DNA of 64,000 bases from a virus, in the IMG/VR virus record IMGVR_UViG_3300009159_008968, positions 1 through 64,000 of that record, one strand, 5' to 3'. The notes beneath the pieces were generated by a model. It was not told the origin of the DNA. It made no database searches and was given only the letters and a program-made list of their open reading frames with translations. Shown here in pieces: positions 46,313 through 58,000 of the stretch; within the stretch, counting starts at the first letter, position 1, and the number at the start of each line of letters is the position of its first letter. The position numbers and the translations under genes are program-made.

Positions 46313-49300
46313 TTAACCTTCGTTCATTCCTAATCTTTTTAACATTGCGACCAATTTAGGCGTTGGAGCAGAATCAGTATGAGTACCACCATTAGAAGAC
46401 CAGTGAGTGAAAATACCATAATTGGCTGAATTGCCTTTTCCATATTTAGGTACTCTTGGTGTACTTCCCGGTGCTGGTTTTCCATCAACAGCTCTAAATG
46501 TAAACGACCAAAGATTTTGACCTTGTATAGCCTGTTGTATTTTTGGATACCTTGTAAACAATTCTCTTATTAATTTTTCTAATGCTACAATTTGAGCATC
46601 AGTATATTCTTGATAATATTGATAACCTAACCAATTAAATCCTAAATTAACATTAGGAGGCATGATTGAACCCATAAATTTTTGACCATCATAATGGAAT
46701 CTTCCTCCAGCAGGGCTATAAAAAATAGGATTTCCATTATCACCATTACCTTTATCTGGCCTAGGTTCCATTTTTCCTAAATTACACATTTCAATTCCTA
46801 TTCCATGGTCATTCCAACTATTACCGTGAACAGAATAGATATCCTCTGGTATACCAGCTGCAGTTTTTCCTTGCCAATCTATTGCGTAATGAATACCTCC
46901 TGTTTTAAATGGACCTCCACAACTTCCTACGTGGTCAACTGTATCTACTGCATTCCTACCATATCCAGCAGTGAAATGTAAAGTTATAGAACGAACTTCT
47001 CTCTTGAAAAATTGTTTCTCTTTACCAGTGTGTATCCATATAAAACTATTTCCTCTTTTAACCGATGTACATGTATTGTCTGCATTTCGTTGTCCTTCTT
47101 CGTTGGGCGGTGCTAAACTAGTAGTTGCATTTGAATTAAATGGAACAGAAGGGGCAACAGCACCCTCAGGATATAATGTATCTAAAATTGTATAAACTCT
47201 AGTTCTATGTACTTTTTGATAATCGTCTCCAGCATTAACTTTTTTTGCTTCTTTTTCAATTGCTCTAATTAATTCTTCTTTTGGCTTATCAAGAGGAGCC
47301 ATATATTGGTATTTAGAAGATTTTGCATGAGTATATATTGCAAAACCTTGTATTGCTCCAGATGTAAATAAATCGTCCCAATCAGCATTAGAAGATTTTG
47401 TTAATATCACTTCTTTGTTTCCATTGTATGGACTTGCTTTCCAATTACCTTGATATTTTCTTACAATAGAATCAGTTCCAATGTATGTTAAAATAAACTC
47501 TACAAATTTTTCGTATTGACTTCTCCAAGTACTTTGAATGAATCCTCTGCCAGCAAATTTATAAAAGTCTGCTTCACTAATAAAAGTAGAACTTGTAGTT
47601 GCTGCATCTTGAACATTTGCAAATAAAGATTTTGGAAAAGTTGTTCCTTTCCAAGCTGCATCATTAGATTTGGCAACTTTAGGATCGGTACCAAATTTAA
47701 GACCTTTGAATGCATCAATATAATTTGGATTATTAAATAATTCTCCTGCAGTTTTATTTGGAGCTTTATTATAAGAAGCTTTGCTACGAGCATCTTTACC
47801 ATTAGTAGCTGGTAACGCATAAGCATCAAACGCATATGCTATTCCGGGATGTTCAGCATTACTTAAAGAATTCATTCCTTCGTGCTTACTTTGATAACTA
47901 CCTCCAGTTTCTTCATAAATAATAGCATTAAGTGCAACAAATTCTAAGAAATTGCACCCTGATGTTCCATAATCAGGCCAAACTATAGGTATAAGAAAAT
48001 CCCAAACACTCTTAAAATTAGCTGCATTTATTTTAGCATTACATAAAGGTTTTTTATTTCCAGCTAATTCAGCATTGAACCAAGTGGCAAAATCATTATA
48101 TTTATTTTTGGTGAATTCTTTTATAATCGGATTTATATCGTCTGTTTTTGTTATTTTTTTATTTTTTATTTTTTGTAAAAATGTATAATTTAAATCACCA
48201 CCAAAACCAAGATTTTCTGTTCCGCCTCCACCACCAACAGATCCACCGCCATCATAACTTTTTAAACTTGTTCTTGTAATTGGCATTACAGCAGCAAAAT
48301 TTTCACCACCACCATACTTCATTTTAACTGCATCAATGGTAGTTTCCATGTTGTTAGGAGTAATTTTATGTTGAACTTCTGTTATCCAATATAAACCAGT
48401 AAAAATAGGAAGACCTTCAACTGCTATTAATTGTGTTGGATACAACTGAGCATTACCAATTAAATCTAAAGATATTTTATAACTTCTTCCTTGCATTACT
48501 GCTAACATAGAACAATCAAAACTTTTTCTTTTATTTTGATTTTGAGGATTTGCAATATCACTTGTTGCTTGTATACTTTCAGATGTTACTTTATTGTCAT
48601 CTGTTCCAGCCTTAATTGATTTTACGATTACATTATTAGGATCGCCATATCGTAAACCTAAAATAGGTTGATCTATTTTATTTAATTGATCAAAGAAAGT
48701 ATCGTCTGGATAAATTGATTCATTACTATTATTTTTTAATAATCTATTTTCTGGTGTAGGGGCCCAAATAATTGATAAAGCGTTTTTACCAGCACCATAA
48801 TCTAATCCATTTGTTGGCAAAAAAATATCACGCAGGTCATCAGTTATTCCACCGGGAATAGGTTGTAATAAAAAATTATTCGTAGTGCAAATATTTTGCA
48901 TCATATTAAGAGTCGATGTCTGAGAATTATTTTCTAATAATGAATCTGTATTAATAATAGCATCTTTAATATCTATACCAGCAGTAACTTGATTTGCTAA
49001 TGGAAATTGAAAATTCAAATAGAAAAAAGAATTTTTGTCAGTTGATCTGTATGCATTTTCTAAAGCTGTTCTTAAATTCATCGATCTAGAGTTTGTACCA
49101 GCAGGCAAGCTCCCATTTCCTTCTAAATCATTAATATTTGCTAAAGCAATCCATGCTTGACAAATATGATGAAATTGTGTATAAACAGCGTTAATTTCAG
49201 CTTGATCATATGTGTAAGGTTGTGGCCCTGTAACTTCTGTTGTGGCTATGTCTGTAAATGCTCCGCCTCCGCCAAAAGCAGAAGCTGTTTGTGCATCTTG

Positions 49301-51727
49301 TACTTTTTTCTTTTTTACTTCTGAATCTGTTAAACTTAAATATGTTTTATTAGGATCTAATATAGCGCCACAAAAAAAGTATAAATAAGATCTAGTTAAT
49401 GTATTGTCTAAATCTATAACATATGAACTAGCATTTTTCATTGTTTTACCATCCAATAATCTAAAAATAAAATCATTAGGTTTTGGTGCTGAACCTTGTG
49501 CTCCACCACTTTTAGAATGTTGAACAAACATTTGTTGTGGTGTAAAATAAACTGAAGTATAAATTCCATTTGCATCAGGATTACCTAATAAATTATAATA
49601 ATCAATGAAAACAGATTTATTTTTATCATCAGTTTTAATCAAATCTGTTGCTCTAAACATTTGATAAAATGCTGAACTTGTAGTTCCAGTAATTGGAACT
49701 TTAGGATCTCCCATAGAAGGATCAAAAGTAGCTGTATCGGCTAACTTTTCACTAATTAAACTTTGGGCAGCTTGGACAGGATTACCATCCTTGGGAGAAG
49801 CATACACTATTATGTCGTTACCATCACCTAAAAGATTATTATTAAATAGATTATTTGTATTGGGTCCACCTAGAGTAGTAGCGACATCTTTAAGACTTTT
49901 AGGATTATGATATAAAATATCATTGTTATAAGTATATACAGATTTAAGAGTTGATGCGTCTTTGTTATAAAATTGAGCTGTTTCAGGAGCTTTAGGGAAT
50001 TTTCCAAAATATCCAGCTAAATAATTTTTAAGTGTTAAGTTTGCACTTGTAGTATAATTAAATTTTTGCGGGGATTTAAAAGCACCTGTGCCATCCCAAC
50101 TTTCTCTTATTACCTTACAAAATCTTGTTAAAGTTTCTTTTTCATTTCCCTTTAATTGATTCACTAATTCTTTGACATTTTCTAATTCAGAATCAATATA
50201 AAATTGAGCAGGTGATCCACTAATATCAGCAACAGAACCACCAAATCCAGAACCTAACAATCCTGCTCTTTGAATTAAATTAACAATTATAGAATCAGCG
50301 GTTGCAAAGTATGGTGAATTATCTCTAAATGTTTCAGCGTTTCCAATTTTTTTACTAAAAGTTCCGGGTGTAGCACCTTGAGTTGGATCTGCACTTTCAG
50401 TACCTTCTTTTTTGGCTTGAACTTCATCAATTACTTTATTAGCTTCTTGATTACCAATATAAAATGCTTTAACAAATTCCTTAACTTTTGCTATTTCTTG
50501 TGTATCAGCTCCATTCCATGGAATTTGTTCTCCAAGTGTAGTTGCTTCAGCATTTGGGTTTTTATTTTCAAACAAAGGATAATAGTTGCCAAATATTTCA
50601 TTATTTGTTAGCCTACTACTATCACTATTAAATCCTGCAAGACCACCTTCTAAAATATATCCGAGAATATAAGCACAATCACCAGCCAATCTTGTCATTA
50701 CATTGCCTATTGATTGGGTATCTAAAACTTTATTTTCTACACTAGAATAAGCTTGTGTTTTTGATAGATCTTGTACTATTTTTAAATTTTCATTTAGTAT
50801 TTTTTTTACATTTGCTTCTTGAATTTGTACAGAATCTATTGTTGTAGAAGCACTTAATTTTTTAAAGTCATCATTAAGATTTATTTGCGTTGTTGAATTT
50901 ATGCTTAAAAAAATTGATTTACCATAAACTTCTAATTGATTATCTGCTATTTTATTGAGTAATTCGCCTTTTGGGTTTTTTGTATTAATATTAAATGATA
51001 TTGATTTAAAATTTTTTCCAATTAAATCACTATCTCCGAGAATTGGATCTAATTTTAATGTTCCATCTCGAAAAGCAGTACCAATTGCATTATAGTTTCC
51101 AGAAAATGTTTGTAATTGTGAAATTAATGGGCCATATTTATCTGTAGCTTGTTGAATTTGAATGTTTATATCAAAACCAACTTTTGCTATTTCAATAATA
51201 GAACTATCAGATCCGTTTGTAGTATCGCCATTAATTTTTTTTAATTCTTTTACAGCAAACAAAAATTGATATGGTATATCATTAAGAAAACCAAAAACAT
51301 TAGGAACAAATTCTGCTTTAATTTCATAACTTCCGTCTGTTGGTACAAAAGTTGTTTTTACGGATTTAACTTGTAATAAAAAACTTACAGGTTTTCCAAG
51401 GTATCCTTTAACATATAATCTAAATTTTGGATATGGTAATTGAAATAATACTTTATAATTAAATTCTGATTCTTGATCATTAAAAATTAAATTTCCATAT
51501 AAATCTTTAAATGTTATACTTACTACAGGCTGTAAGTTTGGCTTTATATCTATATCAATACTAGTAATACCAAATCCTAAATTACTTTGAAATGGACCTA
51601 TTCTATAAGAATCAAGACCAGTCATATTAATAGGTTTACCTCCTCCAATAGGAGTTGCTTCTAGATAGAAATCCAGTGTTAAATCTTGTGGTCTAATTTC
51701 ACTATCTTTAGTATGAATTACTGCCAT
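46313..51727 (-). CDS. Baseplate hub protein with C-terminal lysozyme-like and amidase domains
   Basis: N-terminal FGITSIDIDI..SITFKD; hub-like LIGNAQL..FTGLYWITEVQHKI; FAGRGFIQSTW (GH19-like); ITLHFTAG..IHYAID..HGIGIEMC..IFTH (Amidase_2). Confidence 0.7.
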   Translation of the reverse strand: MAVIHTKDSEIRPQDLTLDFYLEATPIGGGKPINMTGLDSYRIGPFQSNLGFGITSIDIDIKPNLQPVVSITFKDLYGNLIFNDQESEFNYKVLFQLPYPKFRLYVKGYLGKPVSFLLQVKSVKTTFVPTDGSYEIKAEFVPNVFGFLNDIPYQFLFAVKELKKINGDTTNGSDSSIIEIAKVGFDINIQIQQATDKYGPLISQLQTFSGNYNAIGTAFRDGTLKLDPILGDSDLIGKNFKSISFNINTKNPKGELLNKIADNQLEVYGKSIFLSINSTTQINLNDDFKKLSASTTIDSVQIQEANVKKILNENLKIVQDLSKTQAYSSVENKVLDTQSIGNVMTRLAGDCAYILGYILEGGLAGFNSDSSRLTNNEIFGNYYPLFENKNPNAEATTLGEQIPWNGADTQEIAKVKEFVKAFYIGNQEANKVIDEVQAKKEGTESADPTQGATPGTFSKKIGNAETFRDNSPYFATADSIIVNLIQRAGLLGSGFGGSVADISGSPAQFYIDSELENVKELVNQLKGNEKETLTRFCKVIRESWDGTGAFKSPQKFNYTTSANLTLKNYLAGYFGKFPKAPETAQFYNKDASTLKSVYTYNNDILYHNPKSLKDVATTLGGPNTNNLFNNNLLGDGNDIIVYASPKDGNPVQAAQSLISEKLADTATFDPSMGDPKVPITGTTSSAFYQMFRATDLIKTDDKNKSVFIDYYNLLGNPDANGIYTSVYFTPQQMFVQHSKSGGAQGSAPKPNDFIFRLLDGKTMKNASSYVIDLDNTLTRSYLYFFCGAILDPNKTYLSLTDSEVKKKKVQDAQTASAFGGGGAFTDIATTEVTGPQPYTYDQAEINAVYTQFHHICQAWIALANINDLEGNGSLPAGTNSRSMNLRTALENAYRSTDKNSFFYLNFQFPLANQVTAGIDIKDAIINTDSLLENNSQTSTLNMMQNICTTNNFLLQPIPGGITDDLRDIFLPTNGLDYGAGKNALSIIWAPTPENRLLKNNSNESIYPDDTFFDQLNKIDQPILGLRYGDPNNVIVKSIKAGTDDNKVTSESIQATSDIANPQNQNKRKSFDCSMLAVMQGRSYKISLDLIGNAQLYPTQLIAVEGLPIFTGLYWITEVQHKITPNNMETTIDAVKMKYGGGENFAAVMPITRTSLKSYDGGGSVGGGGGTENLGFGGDLNYTFLQKIKNKKITKTDDINPIIKEFTKNKYNDFATWFNAELAGNKKPLCNAKINAANFKSVWDFLIPIVWPDYGTSGCNFLEFVALNAIIYEETGGSYQSKHEGMNSLSNAEHPGIAYAFDAYALPATNGKDARSKASYNKAPNKTAGELFNNPNYIDAFKGLKFGTDPKVAKSNDAAWKGTTFPKSLFANVQDAATTSSTFISEADFYKFAGRGFIQSTWRSQYEKFVEFILTYIGTDSIVRKYQGNWKASPYNGNKEVILTKSSNADWDDLFTSGAIQGFAIYTHAKSSKYQYMAPLDKPKEELIRAIEKEAKKVNAGDDYQKVHRTRVYTILDTLYPEGAVAPSVPFNSNATTSLAPPNEEGQRNADNTCTSVKRGNSFIWIHTGKEKQFFKREVRSITLHFTAGYGRNAVDTVDHVGSCGGPFKTGGIHYAIDWQGKTAAGIPEDIYSVHGNSWNDHGIGIEMCNLGKMEPRPDKGNGDNGNPIFYSPAGGRFHYDGQKFMGSIMPPNVNLGFNWLGYQYYQEYTDAQIVALEKLIRELFTRYPKIQQAIQGQNLWSFTFRAVDGKPAPGSTPRVPKYGKGNSANYGIFTHWSSNGGTHTDSAPTPKLVAMLKRLGMNEG

Positions 51728-51729
51728 TT

Positions 51730-52032
51730 TTAATTATAGTTACTACTAAGTATTTTTGAATTAAATTCAGATAAAACATCTGATATCGGATTAGGAACTC
51801 TTATTACTGCGCCAGAGGGTATATTAAATTCCATATAATATTGTGGGTTGGCTAACAATATTAACCAATACAAAGTATCATCACCATAAGCATCTGCGGC
51901 TATTCTATCAAGTCTAGTTTTGTTTGGATTGTATGTAACAAAAATATCAGTAGATCTATTACTAATTTTTATCTTAGGAAGAGATCTCATCTCTCCATTA
52001 AATTTTAACTTTGCATATCTTGAAACTGGCAT
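51730..52032 (-). CDS. LysM-like baseplate/tail protein (gp53 / tail-X-like)
   Basis: RLDRIAADAYGDDTLYWLILLANP..IPSGAVIRVP. Confidence 0.75.
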   Translation of the reverse strand: MPVSRYAKLKFNGEMRSLPKIKISNRSTDIFVTYNPNKTRLDRIAADAYGDDTLYWLILLANPQYYMEFNIPSGAVIRVPNPISDVLSEFNSKILSSNYN

Positions 52033-52071
52033 TTTTCTAAATTATTTTTTTTATTTTTAAAGTAAATATTA

Positions 52072-55000
52072 TTATTTTCCAAATAGACCAAACGAACTGA
52101 ATCCCTGTGCGGGTTGAAGTCCTGTTATTAATGTTCCTGAAGATGGTGTTGGTTCACCTGTAACCGGTTCATTTGGTTTTATGTCATTATCTTTTTTAAG
52201 TGTATCATCAGGATTATCTTGTGTTTTTGCTAGTATTCCAAAGAATCCGTCAGTATCACTTGCTAATGGTGGAGCAATGTCAGGATTAATACTAGCCCCA
52301 TATTTACCAAGTATTTTAAAACCAAGCGTAACGGCAACCATAAGAGGTTGTACTCCGTCTGTAACTAACCCATCTTCTTCTCCAAAGCTATCTAATGTCC
52401 AAGTCCCTTCTTTATAATCATAATCAACACTATCAAATAACACATAGTGATCAATCCAATCCCCTAATTTCATTTTACATATTGGAGGAGTTATGAAATT
52501 GAATCCGGATCTAGCACTAGGGTTTTTAGCAGGTTTAGTTAATTTTTCAATAAATTTTACTCTATTTCTAAAATCCACTTTTGAACCGGAGAAAAATGCT
52601 GGTTGAAATAATAGATTCTTTTTCATATTAGCAAGTCTATCAGCTGTTTTAGATAAAGATGAAACAACATCACCATATCTATCATCTGGAACTGTACCAG
52701 TATTTAATAAATCTGCATAAACATTATTAAATCCTTTTCTTTGTTCTGTATATATATTTTCTTCAGTTTTATTTATTAGTTCAGCTTGTTTAGCTTCTAA
52801 AGCTAATTTTTCATTGTTTAAATCTTCTATTTTTTGTGTTAAATCACTAGTTTCTCCGTTTACTGGGTTATTTAATTTTTTATTATAAACATCAAGTTGT
52901 TCATTTAATTTTATAATTTGTTCTTTAGTTGATTTTATTTCAGCTCCTAATTGGTTATCTATAGAAACACCGTTAATTTGATCTTTTGATATTGTTGTTT
53001 CTGTAAAATTATCATTAAATGTTTCTTGATACGTTGTGTATAAATTCCAATTTACACCCATATCAACTTTTTGTGCATAATCTGTTAATATGAAAAATGA
53101 AATTGTTCCCTTTCTACTGCCTTTTGAGTAAGTGTACAATGCTTCTGGTCTACCAAGGAAAAATTGTTCATTCCAATCTGCTTGAGAATTATGAGAGAAT
53201 TTTTCAATATATGGAGGAAAAAACATTTTTTTAACATCAGAAGAAGTGTCTGGTATTGCAAGATTTTCAATTGAGAATATTAAATTTTTTGAAGAGGTTG
53301 CACCTTTGTAAGGGTTTACAATAGTATATCTTTGTTTTGCTCTTTTAGGGGCTCCAAATGCATCATAACCTATGACAAATTCTCTGCTTTTTTGAGATTG
53401 GTAATTTTGATTTAATAAAGAATTACCTCCATTTCTTATAGTGTTTATGATATTACTAACTCCACGTCTATGTCTTCTAAAGTCAACCTCAATTTGTTGA
53501 GTAGGATTTGTTTGAGCCATCATTGACTGACTTGTGCCCAATTCAGTAGAAGGTGTTCCATCTAAACCAATTTCTGGTTTTAAAATTAATTCAGCATGAT
53601 TACCAAGATATAATCCTTTATTAGCATTTATAACTTGAGCAGGTACCGAATTTGTAGCCTCTTTATCTCCTTTTACACGATTCGCAAGATAATTAGGAAT
53701 ATACTGTCCCGGACCTAATCCCTTTGCAGTATAGAAAGATGCTCCAATATCACCAAATCGTCTTCCATGAAGACCCATGACATTCATTTCTAACTGTCTT
53801 TGTTGAGCAAGAGCCACCCATTCGCCATTACCTTTTACATTTTGATTAAATGAAGGTCCCATTAAGTTCCAATGTGGAAAATCAGTATCAGGACTTTGGA
53901 GAGTTGCTATAAATTGATTTTTTAATTTATTTAAAGCTCTTATTATTGCTCCATTAATATCTAAATTAGAAACTCCTAAGAAAACACTTGTTCCACCAAT
54001 AAACACATTAACACCGAGATCAAATCCATCTGGATCATTTTTTGCTAACAATGATTCTCTTATTGGCTGTGCTTCTAAATCTAAGCTTACAAATTGTGGT
54101 TGATTAGAACTTAATAAATTATCTCTTTGTGGTTGTGCTAAAGCATCTAAATTTATTTGATTAATTTGATTACTAGATAATAAATTAGTTCTAAATGGAG
54201 CAACTAAATTATCTAAATCAATTATTGATGGGATGTTATTTGCTAATAAAGCATTTCTTTCAGAATTAGCAAGTGCATCTAAATCAATATTTGAAGGTAC
54301 ATTGCTTGACAACAATGTTGTTCTTATTGGAGCAGCTACAGCGTCCAAATCCAAAAACTGTGCTTGATTAAATGCTAATAAATTATTTCTTGGACTTACA
54401 GATTCTATATCTAAATCTATGTTACTAGGAACATTCTTTACTAATAAATTAGTTCTTGGATTAACAGCCTCTGCATCTAAATCAACAAACTGAGGTTGAT
54501 TTATTGCTAACAAATTAGATCTAATGCCAGCTGCTTCTGCATCTAAATCAACTAATAAAGTGTTAACATTTTTAGCTAATAAAGATAATCTTTCTTGTTG
54601 TGCTTGAGAATCTAAATTTACTAATAGAGTATTAACATTTTTAGCTAATAATAAAGATCTCTCTTGTTGTGCTTGAGCATCTAAATCTACTAATAATGTA
54701 TTAACATTAAATCCAAATAAATTTAAGCGTACAGATGTTGCTAAACTATCTAGATTTATTGTTGATGGTACATTAGCTGATATTAAATCATTTCTATAAC
54801 TCGCTGAAAGTTGATCTAAGTCAAATAACCTTATAACATTAGATCCTACTAATTTTTCTCGAATAGGCTGAGCTGTTGCATCTAAATCATTTACTAATAT
54901 TTTAGAATTTGCAACTAAAAGATTTTTTCTTAGTGGCTCAGAGAATTTATCAAGACTAATAAATTGAGGAACATTAAATGATAATAAATTTTCCCTTGCA

Positions 55001-58000
55001 GCGTTAGCTGTTTTTTCAAGATCTTGTGTTATAATAGAATTGTTTTTAGCTAAAATTTCTTCTCTATTTCGAGAAGCTATTTTATCCAAATCAATGTTTT
55101 TTATATTTTGATTACTAGTTAATGCATTTAATCTTGGTTGAGCTGATATGTTATCTAAGCTTATAAATTGAGGTTGATTAAAACCTAAAAGATTGTTTCT
55201 GGAATTCAAAGCTATTCCTTCAATATCAATTTTACTCGCAACATTTTTTTGTAAAATGTCTTTTCTATTAGAAGCAGCGATAGCATCTAAATCAATTGCT
55301 AGTATTTGAGTGTTTCTTGTTAATAGATCTTTTCTATATGGTTCTGCTGCTTTATCTAAATCAGGAAATTGAGGTATATTTTTAACAATTAATGATCTTC
55401 TTAATGTTTCTGCATTTCCATCTAAATCAATAAGAGTTGGAATATTTTTACTTAAAATATTAATTCTTTGCTCACTTGCAGTAGCATCTAAATCTATTTG
55501 TTTTATATTGTTTCTAGAAATAGCATTTACTCTAATTGGTAAAGCAATAGCATCAAGATCCACAAACTGAACTTGATTAAATGAAACTAAATTATTTCTG
55601 ATTGCCTGTGCTTGTGCATCTAAATCAAAAAGTTTAGTTTCGTTTTTACCTAATAAGTTGGTTCTTTCAATTTCTGCTAATTTATCTAAATCAATAACTC
55701 CATAAATATTTTTACTAACCAAGTTATTTCTAACTACAGTTGCAGTCTTATCAAGGTCAATTAATGTTGTTTGATTCTTCGATAACAAATCTTGTCTTTG
55801 ACTTACTGACAATGTATCTAAATCAATAAATTGAGCTCTATTAAATGCTAATAAATTATTTCTTAAACTTACAGAATCTTTATCTAAATCAACAAGGCTA
55901 ATCTGATTGAATTTTAATAATGCTACTCTGTTTGGAGCAGACAAATCATCAAGATTAAGTGATTTTTCTATGTTTTTCCCAATAAGAGTTTCTCTTATAG
56001 TTTGTGCTTGAAGATCTAAATCGAAAAATTTATACTCATTACTTTTAAGTAATAATTTTCTATATTGTTCAGACAAAGAATCTAGATTAATTCTTGCTTC
56101 TTCATTTTTGCTTAATAAATTATTTCTTTGATCATTTGAAATATTATCAAGATCAATAATTTTTGTTTCATTTTTACTTAAAGAAACAGTTCTTATTTCT
56201 AAACCTAATTTATCAAGATCAATTAATTTTCCGGAGTTTGCAGTAAGTAATTTATATCTTATTGTATTTGCTTGATTGTCTAAATCAAAATATTTTATTT
56301 GATTTTTAGAAACAAGATTACTTCTTATTTTTGTGGCCTGAGAATCAAGATTTATTGGAGTTCCTTCGTTTTTATTAACTAGAGTTTTTCTAATTTCAGA
56401 AGCTTGAGTATCTAATAAATCATTTTTTTCAGTATAATTATTTTTACTTAGTAATTTTTCTCTTTGAGTAATTGATGCTTTTTCAATATCAATAGTATTG
56501 GTTAAATTTTTACCAATAAGATTATTTCTTATTAACTGAGCTTCAAATTCAAGATCAACTATTTTACTTCTATTTTTACTTAAAAGATTAGTTCTAGTAA
56601 TTAAAACAAGTTCATCAGTTTGTACTGAAGTAGAATTTTCGTGATTAGCTTTTAATAAATTATCTCTATAAAAACGTGCTAGTTTATCAAGATCAGCAAC
56701 ATTGACAATATTTTTTGTTATCAATCCTTGTCTGATTGTATATGCTTTATCATCTAAATTTATCGCTTCAAAATTAACATTCTTAGATAAAGCATTTGTT
56801 CGTGCCTTTAAAGATATTAACTCTAGATTGGCTTCTACAATTTCATTTTTAGCTAATAGATTCCTTCTGATTTCTAATGCATTAGTATCTAGAGTAGTAT
56901 CAATAATTTTTTTGATATTACTATTTTTAACCAATAAATTAGTTCTTGTGTTTCTTGCAATTATTTCTAATTCATCACTTAAATTTTCATTATTTTTTGC
57001 TAATAAATTTTTTCTAGGATTAGCAGCAATATCTTCTAATATCCTATTAAAGGTGTCATCATAAGTATTTTTACTCAACAGTTGATTACGATATGTAACA
57101 CCAACAGAATCTAAATCTATTAACTTATTTAAATTTTTAGTAATTAATCTAGTTCTTTCAGGTAACGCAACATCATCAAGATTTAAATCACCAAAATTCT
57201 GATTTTTTGCAAGTAAAGGTAATCTTACTGTTTCAGAAAGATTATCTAAAGCACCATTAGCTTCTGTATAATAATTTTTACTTAAGAGATTTGCCCTTTG
57301 ATTAATCGAAAGAATATCAATATCAATTAAATTAGAAACATTTTTAGAAATTAAATTATTTCTTAAACGTTCTGATTCAGTATCAAGACCCTTAAAGTTT
57401 GATTGATTCTTGGCTAAAAGTTCTTTTCTGTAATTTTCAGATTCTAAATCCTTATTGACTACATCTAAATACTGATTTGATTTTAATAAATTTAATCTTT
57501 GTATTTCAGCTTGTTCATCAAGATTTATTAAATTAGTTTGATTTTTTGCTAATAAATTATTTCTATATACTTGTATTTCTTTTTCAAGTTCTAGTTGATT
57601 AACTATTTGATTAGAACTTAAAAGATTATTTCTTATTTCCTGAGCAGCTTTATCTAAATCAACAACTTTGTTTTGATTTTTAGTTAATAGATTTGCTCTT
57701 TGATTAATTGATAACGTATCAATATTTATAAGATTACTAACATTTTTAGATATAAGTTTATTTCTAGTTGTTTCCGCTTCACTATCTAAATCAACAGTTT
57801 TATTTTGGTTTTTTGCTAGTAAATTATTTCTAAATACATTTGTCTGATCTTCTAATTCAGATTCATCAATTATTTGATTAGATTTTAATAAATTATTTCT
57901 TTGTATTTCCGCTTGTTTATCTAAGTCAAATAGTTTTATTGAATTTTTTGCAACAAGTGTTAACCTTTGATTAATTGCTAATTTTTCAAGATCTACCGGT

